31,437 bases of DNA from Toensbergia leucococca (lineage: Eukaryota), in the NCBI GenBank assembly GCA_022813965.1, contig JALDZS010000017.1, positions 186,001 to 217,437 of the forward strand, written 5' to 3'. Each line of letters starts with the position of its first letter. Position 1 is the first letter of the stretch. Positions 1-12,851 of this stretch are shown here, piece by piece. The notes below the pieces were generated by a model, which made no database searches, was not told the origin of the DNA, and was given only the letters and a program-made list of their open reading frames with translations. A program made the translations under genes and the position numbers.

Positions 1-438
1 GTAGATGTTATCTCCGCCCCTGGAGAAGTAATTATCGGAGCTGGCACCCATAGGTACGACGCAGAAGTACAATACCCAACAGCAGGCTTCTGACGAAGCC
101 AGTAAACATCACCTCGATCTCATCTCTTTGCGTTCCTCGCCACAATGGTCCTTTGATCTTCCAAACAAAATTTGCTTACCCAACGCGCATGGCGAAGACA
201 TAGTAAGATCCGTCTGTTTCTCACAAGAGGTAATCAGCCATATCCGAGCCCCCCCGTAAACCATCTGACAATTTCAAAGTCCTCGACACTCTTCACGGCT
301 GGAGAGGACGGTCTTGTGAAGGCGTGGAGGAGTCCCCAAGTTGAAAGTGACCTGAACCAACGTTTGGATGATCCCCCGAAGAAGAAGAAGCGGAGGAAGG
401 AATCCAGCGCGAAAGAGGGGCGCTTCAAGCCGTATTGA
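1..438 (+). CDS. 3' part of a WD40-repeat protein (WDR89/YNL035C-like), 5'-truncated by the window edge
   Basis: Removing GT-AG introns 54-102 and 230-279 (both with a CTGAC branch site) gives ...VDVISAPGEVIIGAGTHSKHHLDLISL...NAHGEDIVRSVCFSQESSTLFTAGEDGLVKAWRS..., a typical terminal WD repeat. It is followed by a basic NLS-like tail (PPKKKKRRK...RFKPY*). Confidence 0.75.
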
Positions 439-722
439 CCAGAACGCATCATGCCCGAGTCACCTTACCACGACATGGTTTTGCAAAGTCTTCCACGCCA
501 GCTGTGTTGGTAGAGGTTGCTGTTCAGCCCAGTGGGTTCGGAAAGTCATAGCCCAAAACCCGGATAAGGGGCATTCTATTAGGTAGGTAAGATCTACTAC
601 CCAATTACTCTAGGAAATACAGAGATACCAAGCGATTCTTCATACGGACGTCTCAGCCAGGTCAGGGGAAATGGCCATGAAATCATGACCCGATCCGGAG
701 TGATGGTGTGACTGTACTATCG

Positions 723-1931
723 AATATACAAGCCTACCAAGGATGCTCAAGCTCACCATTCATCAATATTCAGACTTGTTGATTGATTTCAACAAAATTT
801 GTCAAGCCAAAAGCCATCATCATAATTCCTCAAATCTCTAAAATAGATCTCAGAGTAGAAAAAAAATCCAAAACATTCACCTTACAATCACAAGTTGTAA
901 CTTATTCAGTCTTTCAGGAAAAGAATTCAAACCTCATAGTCAAGGTATTTGATATCTTCAAAACTCTATAAGAAAAAAACTGCAAAACTGCAAATCCTCA
1001 ATTCAACTGAGATGCAAGAATGTTATACAAACATACCTATCTACATGACAAGATATTTAACCCTTCAAACACACAACATCATCAACTCAGAGTGAAGAAA
1101 ACAAAAAAATCAATAATCAAAATCAACACTCTTTTACATTCAAATACACCTCACCTCTTCACTCTTCTTATTCTCTCATAACAGCAAAAACAACAACAGT
1201 CTGATCAGATCACACAATCACATCATTTCTTTCTCTCTTTCCCCTTCTCAAAAAAAAAACAACAACATTCTTATAAAAACTTCATCTCAATCTTCCTTTC
1301 CCTTCTCTCAAAAAAAAGAACTTTCAAAAAAGTGTCAATATCTGAAGAAAGAAAAAAGTGTTTTTAAAAAAACATTGAAATGAACATCAATCTCAAGCTA
1401 CCTAATAAAGAAAAATTTCAAGAAAAATTATCACATCTCAGAAAAAAAAAAGAAAAGAGAAAGGGAAGAAAGTGAGTGAGTGAGTAAATGCATATCACCT
1501 TCCTTTTTTTTTGAAAAGGGATAAAACAGAAAATAAAAAATAGTCAACACTGCTATCTTAAAAAAGGGCTACTTTTCAATGAAAGAAAAAACAACAAACT
1601 CAATAAGTATCTGAAACAGCAGTTCAGAAAGGTCATCAAAGTAGTTAAAAAAGTGTGTGAAATTTTGATTTTGAAAATTTCTTCTTCATTCTTTCTTGAA
1701 TTTGAAAGAAAGTGAAAGACCCAACCAAAAAAAAAAAAACAAGAAAAAGGACAGCATAAATAATCAGGACAGATGGGCCTACTGTGATGATGAAGATTAT
1801 AAAGACTTTGATATACAATAAAAAGAGATACCCATTACTCAAAACTGAACCAAGAATACCAACATGCAATATGATTACTTTTGATTCAAGTCTCTTCTTT
1901 TGAAAAAAACCAAGGGACCATCTCCCAGAAT
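723..1931. repeat. AT-rich, CpG-free tract; probable decayed repeat/transposon relic
   Basis: Abrupt shift to A-rich sequence with many poly-A runs. I see no CG dinucleotide between the CGs at 721 and 1932, while CA/TG are abundant. No credible ORF; it lies between two convergent gene ends. Confidence 0.6.
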
Positions 1932-2014
1932 CGATCGAAGCTATGTACATCCACCTTTTTCCATCCAGCCATAACATACGTACGAACCTTCTGCCCTATG
2001 AGTCCGTCTGATAA

Positions 2015-5000
2015 TCACGACCAACTAAGCATCCAATCACTTGCCCACGCACCCTGCATAGTCGCATTATTTAAACCCAGAACAGTCAAAACCTGACTGG
2101 TAGCATTATAGCTGACCCCGCTACCAACATTCTTACCATTCAAGCTCACACTCGTGACAGTTTGCTGCACGCCTAGGACTGTGATGTTAGCCAAGGGGTT
2201 TGCATCTTTATAGGTACCGCGGGCAGAAGCGTAGAGTGTGTTATTTGAGACCGTAAGCTAGAGAATGCAGGCTCTCATTAGCTCTGCGTGTTACAAAATA
2301 TAGGGATTACGTCCCAACAGGACACTAAGTATGGATCATTTACCTCAACGTAAAGCGTCGCATTCTGCACCAAACTCTCTCCGTCATCAATGTACAGATT
2401 TCCAGTCGCCGTACCCTCCAGCCCCAATGCCACCAACACGCCCCAAGGAGTACTCCTAGCGGCCGACGTTGTCATCGCGGGCTCTTGCATCGGGATCACG
2501 TAGCCACCTCGGATATACACCGGGATATGTCCCAGGGGCGCATCGATAGTCATGTTTTGACCCGGTATGACATTGACGGGAGCTTGGGTATACCAATCAT
2601 AGTAGACTGTGCCTTTACCTACGCCGGGAAACACACCACCGACGGTTGTAGCACCTTGGTCAAGGACCGGGGTGACTAGGATTGCTGGACCAAGGAAGAA
2701 TTGCCTGTCTGCGGCGGCGAGGGACGGGTCATTAGGGAATTCCCAGGCTAGTGCACGCATCACAGTGCTGCCGGTTGTATGGGAAAGGTAGAAGAGGGTG
2801 TATATGTATGGTAGAAGCTGGAACCGAATGCTCATAGCTACCTTGGTGGCATCTATGACACTCGACCAGACGTAGGCTTCTTGACTGTTGGCGGAAAGAG
2901 TATTGTGATTTCGGTAGAAAGGGAAGAAGGCCGACAGCTGCATCCAGCGATTGCAGAGCTCTTCATCGGAATTGCCATTGAAGCCGCAGGTGTCGACGCC
3001 AAACATGGGAATGCCAAAGAGAGAGAAGGAGAGGGCCTGGGGAATGGAAAACATCATGTACATGAATAGTGAGGTATTGTCGCCTCCCCAATGGCCAGCA
3101 AACATACCAGACTAAAGAGTGGATCAGTCTCATGCTATCCATGGACGGAATTTAGATGAACCCACCCCAGCAAAAGTTGAACGACCAATGATGAAAGGTC
3201 GCTTGCCGGGGAATACTTCCAGAAGAGCGTTGTATGTGGCGTTGAGAATTTGATGGCCAAAGAGATTGTGTACATCATATTCGAGTGTCCCATCAGCATG
3301 TGTAGCATTTGGCGATGCAGCATGTACTGAAAGGTCACCCTGCACATTATTGATCACGTAAGGCGGGTAGTCTACATTCCGAATCCCTGGCGTTGGTGTT
3401 GTTCTTAGATAGGTGGGAGATATGGTGGGCGCTGGGCCTGCAGCTGATGCAGAGGCGGATGCTTGACTGGATGAAGCAGAGGCGACAGCAGCCGCTTCAG
3501 TAGCATTCGTCAGATTGAATCCTTCGGGATAGCTATAGATGACAGCGCCTGGCTCTCCTGGGAGATTGAAGCCAGGATGCACTAGGAATAGGACCACAAT
3601 TAGTATCATTCAGTCTGATTACAAAGTCCAGTCAATATACGTGCCAGGATTCATGCTGAGGTTAGCACTCCCGCAACTACCTATGCAGAAAGAACTGACC
3701 TATGTCTAATCAGTGCTAGTCTAAGTAAGGGAAAGGTCGTACGCACTTCCGACATGTCAATCCATATGCCATCAAATGCGATCTTTCCATGCCAGGTTAC
3801 CATTTCATCGATCCACCACTGCCCAGCGCCGCCTCCTATCCAGTCAGGAAAGACAGTGTAGCCTGGCCAGACTTCGCCAATATAAAGACTTCCGTCCGGA
3901 TTAGTCATGAACGACCCAGTGGCATTACCGTCGTTGAAGATGGGGTACCTGGACTGAAGATGAGCTTCGACTAAACAAACACATAACGTCTTGACTTACG
4001 CGTCACTAGCATTGGTAGGATTAGGAACATAGATGGCCGAGTCGACAATGGGAATGTAATGACGCCCACTAGCATGGAGCCTCGCTAAGAATTCTTGACC
4101 GACGGTGTAATTATACCGGATTGGATCATTGTCAAAGTCGCGGTACTATAATAATTAATTTGTATAACCAAGAGTTTGTCTTGGAGAATGTCACCTGGTT
4201 CATGTAGTCAATATCAGTCCTATCTTCAGTCAGCATTTCCGAAATGTCCATAATCGTATCTTCTTGCCTAACCAAATGTTTTCTAAAGGTATGCCAACTT
4301 TTTCGTAGTTATTTACAACGTCTTCAACCTCTGACCAATTCGCGTAGCCCCATCGGCACTGGTGAAACCCAAAGCTGAAGTATTGTTGCATGGCCGGTAG
4401 ACCAATGACACCCATCTGATAAGACTTGGTGACTTCAGCTTGCGTGGGTCCCGGGAAGAAGAATAAATCGATGCTTCCTCCGAGAAGTCGCCATGTTATA
4501 TTAGTAGGCCGAAGTAGAATCTCTTGAGCGTGGGCATTTCGATTAAATACCCCGTGCGAATATGATATGTATTCACCTGTAGCATTCGTCTCGTTACTAG
4601 TGACGAGCGTAAGATTACCAGTCCCCGAGTCGACCTCATAATATCTCGTGTCGAGATAAAAGGGATGTGAGCCATAGATGTTGCTAGCCCGCGTATTAGG
4701 GCTTAATAGCAAACATAGTAGACTTGACTCACTAATCCACTGGATCTCCGGAATCGGCTGCAAAAATAGTTCTTGTAAAATTATTTCCCAATCTTAGGCC
4801 ATGGATTACTTCACCCAAGCCATACAAGTTGTATTCTTCTGGTAAGGAACTAACAAATTCAATAAACTGATTTTCATAAACAAGTTTTGTACCTTCAGTC
4901 GAGAATAGCGTATCGCCAGTCGATTTTCTAAAGACGCTAAAGGAGAACGTTGGCTCGTTGCTCCAAGTGAAGTCAAGTTCATTGGTCAAGCTCGTTGTAA

Positions 5001-5526
5001 TAGCGTCAGCATCCGCAGTAGGCAAATATATCAGATGATCTGGAAGGAGATACTGGGAAGCATTAGAGGCGTCAATGATGGCTGGAACAATTTGTATAGA
5101 TAGGCGGTCCGCGGATTGGTATTGAATTGTCAAATCAAGGGTCTCAACGTCCGTACCATAGACATTGCACGCTATGCCGGCCAGTGATAAAGTTGCTACT
5201 AGACCAAGAGGGGTACGGACAACATTAGACGCCGTGTATCCTGGGCACACAACTTGAGCATCGACGGCCTCGGGATCATTGATATTAGGGATCAGTGAAG
5301 CTCCAACATCAGCTGCTGCTGGGACAGTAAAGATAGGTCTGAAAGTTGTAGTCGTGCCACTGATAGCTGCCGTTGCAGAACTGGTTGAGGGCTGCGAAAC
5401 CAAAGACGAGGCCCCATCGGCCCCACCGGACTGACTACTCGATGTGGTATCAACACCGAGATTTTGAGCAGAGGATGTTCTGCTCAGCAAGATGGTAAGA
5501 AAAATAAATGCATTGAATAGAGACAT
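2015..5526 (-). CDS. agdA: Secreted GH31 alpha-glucosidase (AgdA/AglU-like), 9 exons
   Basis: Signal peptide MSLFNAFIFLTILLSRTSSA; GFHQCRWGY; WTDIDYM; nucleophile motif WIDMSE; acid/base motif GHWGGDN; RWMQLSAFFPFYRNHN. Introns at about 4684-4732, 4220-4272, 4146-4194, 3949-4000, 3701-3745, 3582-3644 (GC-AG), 3111-3165 and 2258-2343. The last exon ends ...GAWASDWMLSWS* (TGA 2017-2015). Confidence 0.93.
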
Positions 5527-5707
5527 GGGTGAGGCCAAAAAGATTGCGCCTGCGGGAGGTCTGAACTTCAGCAGGCGTAGCAATTGAGCAAGCATGAAAG
5601 CAAAATAGAGCCAGCCCAGGGCTGGGGAGAATTGGAAAGCTCGGAGGGCAATGGAGACGGTGGTGGAATAGAGAAAGACGTTTTCCAGGAAACAGCCAAG
5701 GCGGTCC

Positions 5708-5781
5708 ATATTAAATAGTAGCTCCACTGTAGCTCTTCGGTGCTATGCCGGCGAATGCGGTCCGGAATTGGCTTACCCCGC
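5708..5781 (-). promoter_or_regulatory. Amylolytic-type promoter module: AmyR-type CGG-N8-CGG, CCAAT box, CreA site, TATA-like element
   Basis: CGGtgctatgcCGG at 5738-5751; ATTGG (CCAAT on -) at 5767-5771; CCCCGC (GCGGGG, SYGGRG, on -) at 5776-5781; TATTTAATAT on - at about 5708-5717. All lie 180-255 bp upstream of the GH31 ATG. Confidence 0.6.
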
Positions 5782-6853
5782 AACAATAGGTAGCTTTCCA
5801 TTGCAGCTACGACTGTCGGGACAAGGAAGATGTTAACGCCAACAGGAAAAGACCATGTGGACTATGCAAGGAAGGTAAGGCCGAGGAAAGGCAAAAGACT
5901 TCTGCGTGGTGTAATGTAATGTAGTTCAACGGGTACCTTGCTAGAGCAAAGTGCTTCAGCAGACTCGGGTGTTTAAGCATCTGTCGTTGAGATGCGGGGC
6001 GGATGAGGCCAATGGACGATTTGATGTGTACTTGAATAGGTACCTAGCCATCAGGCCGGGCGAATTGCTGGAAAGAAAGGCAGGCCACTGTGTGTTATAA
6101 GCTGGCACCAACACTCTCTCGTTGCTCTGAGTCATCAAAGTCGTACAAGTTTGAAACGGATGGGATGGAATGCGGACAGCAGATAGCAGACAGATTGCAT
6201 CATAGCATGTAGGCGGGGGAAGATGTGGGGTATGAGAACCTTTCCTTACCTCGAGCCTACTTACCTGCACCACCGTTGCCTAGTAAATATTCCTATGGAC
6301 CAATCATCACTCCAAACAGCCCGAGTCGACATTTGATCGAAGAATGCAAGTTACCTTCCTTAGTCTTTAGTCGGTCCGACTGGCCCACTGTGTGAGGTGT
6401 TTACCATTTACCATTTACCACAAATTGCTAATGCCCTGCCCACGACTGTCGTCTAAGATGGGAGGATCGATAGAACTCTCTCATCAAATGATCATTTTTC
6501 CTTGGCCTGCATTTTCCCCACTCCATGAATCTAATGAGAGTGGCTTGGTAAACTTTTCAACCCCAGCCTCTCTCCTCACTATGTATCTTCACCTTTATTA
6601 TGCCACCCGTTCTGCAATTACAAACTCTGCAGTCGCTAAAGACACCTTGACGGTACAGTCAATCGCTACAGCACGACAATAAGCCCCAGGACCCAAAGAA
6701 AACCCTTGACAAGCGCCGCGCCAATCAAGTACAGCAAAGCTACCATGCTATCCAAAGATGAATTCTTTACCCGCACCAAAGCATGCTTCTTGAAGCTGTG
6801 TAAGAAAATGACATTGTAGAAGTGAATCGAATCCATACCACCTTCAACCCTTT

Positions 6854-9800
6854 TTATCGATCATCGCCGGCTCGGGCCTTGCCGCGCCTCCGGAAGAAGT
6901 CCATGACCCTCTTCGCAGCTCCAGAACTTCCAGCATGGTAACCTCCGGCACCGTAACCTGGCTCTTGCTCCTGTTCATACGCGTCTGCAAACTTCCGGTT
7001 GTTTTTTTGAAGAACCCCCGGTCCCCGTCCGTTTCGGTTTCGCTCCATTGACTGACGAGCCTCATCATCGTAGCTGTCGAACCCAGGAGGATATTGAGGA
7101 TGACGCTGAGAGACGCCGACTGCGTTTTCCGAAGGAGTTGGAGGTCCTGACTCGCCTAGTAGATATGACTGTCCTGGCTGTAATGCTTTTGATGGAATGT
7201 ACAGCTCTTGCTGAGGTACGTATTGCTCACTTCCGTGCTGCGCTTGCTGCGCTTGCTGCGGCGAGAGCGCCTTTCGCACAACCGGGTTGACTCTCCTAGT
7301 CTGTTGTACTGGGTTTTCTCGATGGCGATCTCTTTGGCCATCGTACCCTGCGGGAGGACTGTTATCGGTGCTGTAGCTGTTAGATCGACTCTGACCTCTA
7401 CCGAATGCCGTGCCTTGCGGCCGAGATTGACCTCGGTTTGCCGGCGCTTGCTGCACAAGGGTCGAATGCCTCTGCTCAGCTACAGGCCCGGCGTAGTCCA
7501 TAGGTTGATCCTTTGCACTTCCTGTAAAGTTCTTGAACGAGAATGATGCCGGTAGTAGAGAAAATCTTTTTGGCTTGTCTTGTTTCCCGAGATCACTATT
7601 TTTACGTCCGAACCCAAAAGACGGTCGTCGAGAGTCACTAGACTGCCTTGGGGTATCGGAGGCCATTGGAGTTTTCATACTCGTTGGGGGATACTTCTTT
7701 TCTGCTTGTTGACGTGAATTTGATTGCGATCCCTGCGTTGGTGCCTTCGCGCCGAAGATAGATACAGGCCTGCTAAAAACACTGCCCAAGGTGTTGGAGC
7801 GTTTGTGCCCACGCGATTGGTCTTTCTGCGACGAGTTTGTATGAGTTCCCGAATACCCTAACGAGGGATCTGAAGGATAGGCTTGTGACTGAGGAATCGG
7901 TGCGGAGATGTTGTACTGCTTGCCATTCTTGGGTTGAGCGAGTCGTCCCTGGGCATTGGTAGCAGCCACTGTAGGTGCAAGAGGCTGACTGTAGGAGTTG
8001 CCCCGAGACGGCAATCTACCAACATTAGAAGAGGCCATAGAACCACCAGTTGTCGGCCTGGGTACGTATATGGTGGGTGCTTGACCAAATGCACCAGTAG
8101 AGTCTGATACCGAGCGAGGGATCTCTCTCGTTGGTCGAGCTGGCGGAGCCATGCCTTGTTGCGAGCTTACTGGTCGTTGCTGTGTCCTGTTTGCGCCCAA
8201 ATACGGCTGACCCGTTCGAGCATCCTGAATGGTGGAAGGCTCTTGTGGCAGTGGTTTCATCGAAGTGCCTTCGCTAGACTGCCCTTGAATTTCTACAGGA
8301 CCTTGGCTTTCAGCTCTCACACGAGTTCTTGCTGAGGTGGCTACCATATTGATAGGTGATTCCATTGCCGCAGGCGATGTGGTAGAAAGCGAGGCTTCAC
8401 CCCTTGTTGTCTGCGATTGAGGTGCAACATACTCAACTTGGACGGTCCTACGCTTGGAGTCGCGAGGTGGTTTAGCCTTGTCGGGAGGTTGCTCGGGATC
8501 AATCCTGCCTTGATGACTCAAGCCACCAACAGGAGATATATTCGAAGGATTGATTTTCGTTGGTTCCCTAACAGATGCACTGCGAGCCAGTAATGGAACG
8601 TCTTGAGGATCTTCGGAGAACAGATTAGCATAGGTCCAAAGCATAGACGATCCAAAGGAAATCAAAGGTGGCATAACGGCCAACAACACAGGGCAGAAAA
8701 GAAACCATACCAGAATTGGCTGCGTTGTTCGCAATCTCCCCAACACTGGTTGTACTACTGGTGACATGTGCGACTACATGAGCGTAATCGCTGAGCCAGC
8801 TGTGCCTGGCAACCTCAAATAAATCTGCACGCTTCCGTGGGTCGGGCACAAGAATTCGTCTCAGTAGATCACGAGCGTGTGGAGTAACATATTCTGGAAA
8901 TGTCAGTGGAGTTGATACGATGTACTTGTATAACAAGTTTATGTTATCGCCTTCTGGGTTTGCTGGGTCATCGTCGAAGGGTAGATATCCAGCGAGCATA
9001 GCATACTATGTTTGATTAATTGAATTAGAGAGGATCCGCTTGAATCATGTCTCAGGAGAGTTGGCTTACCAAGATAACTCCACAGCTCCAAACATCAACC
9101 TTTCTCCCAGTATATAGCGAATCGGTCACTACAAGCTCAGGGGCAGCATAGCATGGACTCCCACAACTTGTCTGCATCAAATCACCCCTTCGACTACCAT
9201 TTGCCTGCACCCTCTCCAAATCTTGTCTTTTGACATAATCTCGATTGGTCAGATTGTATTCAACTTCCTCATTCAGCTCGTCGCGAGGATCAAACGTATT
9301 GGCAAATCCAAAGTCAGTTATGATAATGTTACGATTGCGGTCAAGCAAAAGATTCTCCAGCTTAAGATCCCGATGCACGATGCCTTTCTTGTGTAGATAA
9401 CCAACTCCAGAAACCAACTGCGCAAAGAGTCTCCGAGCGGCATTGTCTTTCAGGTAGCGGTGAGTCAGAATATAATCGAAAAGTTCTCCTCCAGAAGCGT
9501 ACTCAAGAATGATCCCGATGTGTCTATCAGTTTCCACCATCTCGTGGAGTCGGACAATATTTGGGTGAGAGAGTTTTTCCAGAATAGCTATCTCACGATA
9601 GATTTTGGGCAGGCGACTCGGGTTCGTACCAAGACTCTCCCGCCGAATGAGTTTTATAGCTACTTGGACACTTCCGTCCTTCTTCCAGCCCAACTTGACC
9701 TTGCCAAATTCACCTTCTCCTAAAGTCTGGCCTAGCACATACTCGCCGAATTTGATCTCTTTTCTTCGAGCCGTACTTGATGAGTAATCTTGCCGACTCT

Positions 9801-10752
9801 GCCCACCGCCTCTCCCACCGTCATCAACACCCTCATTACCCACGAGGTCTAGTCCAGGTTCGGATTTGATGCTATTTCCAGATGCACTCGGTACAGCTTC
9901 AGCTTGTCGCTCCTGCTCTCGAATTACGTCGACCTGTGGGTCGGTAATAACAACACGATTGATGACCTCGCTCCCACCCCTGAGGATATTAGGTGGCGGC
10001 GTTGCAGGGCCCGAATTTGACGCCGATTGGCTCTGTACTGCAGCAGGTGATGACTGTGCACCTGATTCTCGAGTACTTCTAACTCGTTGTGGCCCTTCAG
10101 AGGATATCGGTCCTCTTCGTCTTGACCGAGCCGCAGCAGCGGCTGCAGTCGATGGATCGTCCTTTGACCGTCCGTATCTATTTTCTACAGAATAGTCCTC
10201 AGTATAACCGCTTTCTCTGTCTTCCAATTGTCTCCCATCTCCCAACGATGGCTGGTCAGGAGCTCTTCCTACTGAGCGAGAAGTGGGATTTCTCTCACTT
10301 TGAGATGCGGTGGAGATTGCGTTGATATTAGATCCTCTTTGGTTCGATGACGTTCTTGGTGGTGGAATGGGTCCTCCAGTCTCTTGCTGCTCCCTTCGAG
10401 ATCGCGTATAAGGAGCCGATGTTACACTAGTAGGGACAGTGGGAGAAGCATGCATTGTTGATGAGGATGTCGCGGTATGAGGGACAGATGGACTGAGAGG
10501 TTGAGAGTCCACGGATTGATACTGTACCTGATGGGGATTATTTGGACTGCTGGATTGAGGTGCATTAGGGTTTGGGCGTCTCATTGGACGCTGTGAGTTT
10601 TGTGGGGAGGTTGTTGTTCTTGATGTTGATCGGTTACGGCCTGCATCCCCAGACTGAGGCGACGAGTATTGACGTCTTGACGAGGAGTGAGAATCTACCG
10701 CGTAGGCGGCTGAAGAAACCGGCGACTGGGTGTGTTGAGGAGCCACTTGCAT
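6854..10752 (-). CDS. kin4: Kin4/KfsA/Ppk1-like CAMK-group Ser/Thr protein kinase, 3 exons
   Basis: GEGEFGKV, VAIK, HRDLKLEN, DFG, TSCGSPCYAAPE, DVWSCGVIL|YAMLAGYLPFDDDPANPEGDNI; long disordered termini and C-terminal AAKRVMDFFRRR. Introns 9006-9069 and 8611-8710 join the ORFs in frame. Confidence 0.88.
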
Positions 10753-12851
10753 CGTGAACGAATATGCGTTGTCTCTGCCAACTCCTTCTTCAATATTCGG
10801 TAGTGAGCACTTTGGAGCTGGCGGTGCCCTAATAGCAATAGATCACGGAATATACGCCGCAAGACAAATTCCAGATGTCTATACAGACAATTGATCTAAT
10901 GGTATAGGAGCGCAGTCCACCTCGTAGCAACTAAAGGTTGCCAATTATCGAGTGGTTCAAATGTTGAAACAGACGATGTGCGATTGTGGCCCACGGCAAC
11001 TCTCTAGGTTAACACAAGGCTCGGTCGCGTACTCGACAGAGATTTGAGTACTCAGGAACGTAGGGGAAAGGTACCTCCCCCCAAAAACCGGATGCCACAG
11101 GCACTAGGGAAGGGCACAGGCTTGTCTCAATTGTTCCCAAGTCCAACTTGAATGGTTTTCAGGCGGCTATACTGCGACGTGAGTGGAGACTATGAAGGTT
11201 TCAAATAAGCGTCCGCATGAGGAGGAGGGCAAATGATATTGCGACTGCTTCTCGATGGTCAAGTGTTGTGTTGGAGTATGGCGATTGTCAACAACATCAA
11301 CATGTGAAGGAGTGTCGGTAAGGAATGACTGCAACAGTCGCTGTTATCGAATAGGGCCAGCTGTCATTGTCGTTGATGGACACCGTCAAAGGCCTTCAGG
11401 AGCCGACTAGGCGGCGTGGCCTGTGTGAATTGACGGTGAGGAGGTTAGGTGGTGAAGGAGAGGATGTATGATTATGCTGGTCTGTCGGTGGTTTGCTCTA
11501 CTAATCTCCTTTAGCAGGGGGGTAGAAGCAAGGCAAGCGCATGGACCCGCCCAAAACAAAAAGGGGAAATCAATATCTGCATAAAATCCCCAAACATCAA
11601 TTCAATTCCACTACCATTATTAAATATCTATTGGGATGTACAGGTACACGGTGCTCATCTCATACAATTCTTTCTCCCCAGCCTGAGCTAGGTACTTATT
11701 TATGGGCGGCTACCGCATGGTCTTACCTCGTGGCCTTGGCATCTATCGTTGGTTTCACATTATGAAGCGCTCAATCAAGGATGGAATGTGACTTTCTGCA
11801 TTGACGCAGCTGAATGATTCAGCTAAGCCTTTATGACCCCATCAGTGAAGGCTGACTAAGCTATCTTGGACCATCTAGATATAAGGTAAGAAGCATACCT
11901 ACTCTATCAAGAAGCTAAAGTTTTTACAGCTCCAAAAGTGGTGCGCCTGACCCAAATGATATCTTGACTTTGAGCAAGACTCTAAGGTGATCAAGATGAA
12001 TTGTAACTTTATGTCTACAGCTTATTTCCATCAGCGATTCTATTAATGATGCTGGACATACATGTCATTGCCATCATAATCTACTAATGCCCAAGTTCAT
12101 CTTGGTCACCGCCATGTCTCCCCGGTTCCCATCGGATTGCTGCACCTGCCAATTATTCCAAGCGTTTCCGGACTCCGTACCTCAATTGTGGGGTCGAGGG
12201 CGTGTCGCAGCTTACGATCTCAAGCCCGAGGCTTAATATAGAGGCCTAAACGATTATCGGGGGTATGGCATGCACTCTGTAACATCTATTGGCTAAAGAC
12301 CACATTGAAAGAAGGACGAGGATAGCCGCAAGACCTCAAGTACCTTACCGGGCACGCCGGGTAAATCTAGCAGGCGTAGGAACACATTTTCATTCCGGAA
12401 ATTCAATCACGATTGATTTTTCGTAGGTAATAGACATCTTTACGCCATTGACTTTGGTATTAGTACTACCCAATCCCATCAAAAATTGGATATCTGTAAA
12501 ATACCCATAGGTCAACTCAGTACGACTATTTATCAAGGCTGTCGCGGGACTACTGGATTTTCATGTCGCTACTCAGAGTTCAGCTTATGAAACCAGAGTG
12601 AAAGGTAGCACACAGGTAGTCATCCTTTTCCGGGACTCGGATTTGCGATATGTATGGCCGAGGGGATCCTGTCTCCTGTATCAACACCAAGTTCGCTTAA
12701 GGATGTCATGCATGTGCTCTCAGAACTTTTGAAGAACAAAGTTCGAGAGCGCCACGGAAAGCCACATGCCCGTGATAACGCCTTCGTTTCACATCCTCTC
12801 GTAACCATACTTCATAAGACCAGAGGATCATGTATCATGATCATCACGAAT

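Noticed and set aside
715..1950. Possible TIR/LTR/TSD boundaries for the AT-rich tract (ATCGAA or CCAAGG at both ends)
   Set aside because: Matches are too short and not positioned consistently; the element class cannot be assigned.
783..1977. ORFs 783-971 (+) and 1645-1977 (-)
   Set aside because: Lys/Ile/Phe-rich translations arise from the AT-rich, poly-A relic; no recognisable domain.
5527..5727. 67-codon N-terminal extension of the GH31 ORF from ATG 5727
   Set aside because: It overlaps the TATA-like/promoter region, and a good signal peptide starts at ATG 5526.
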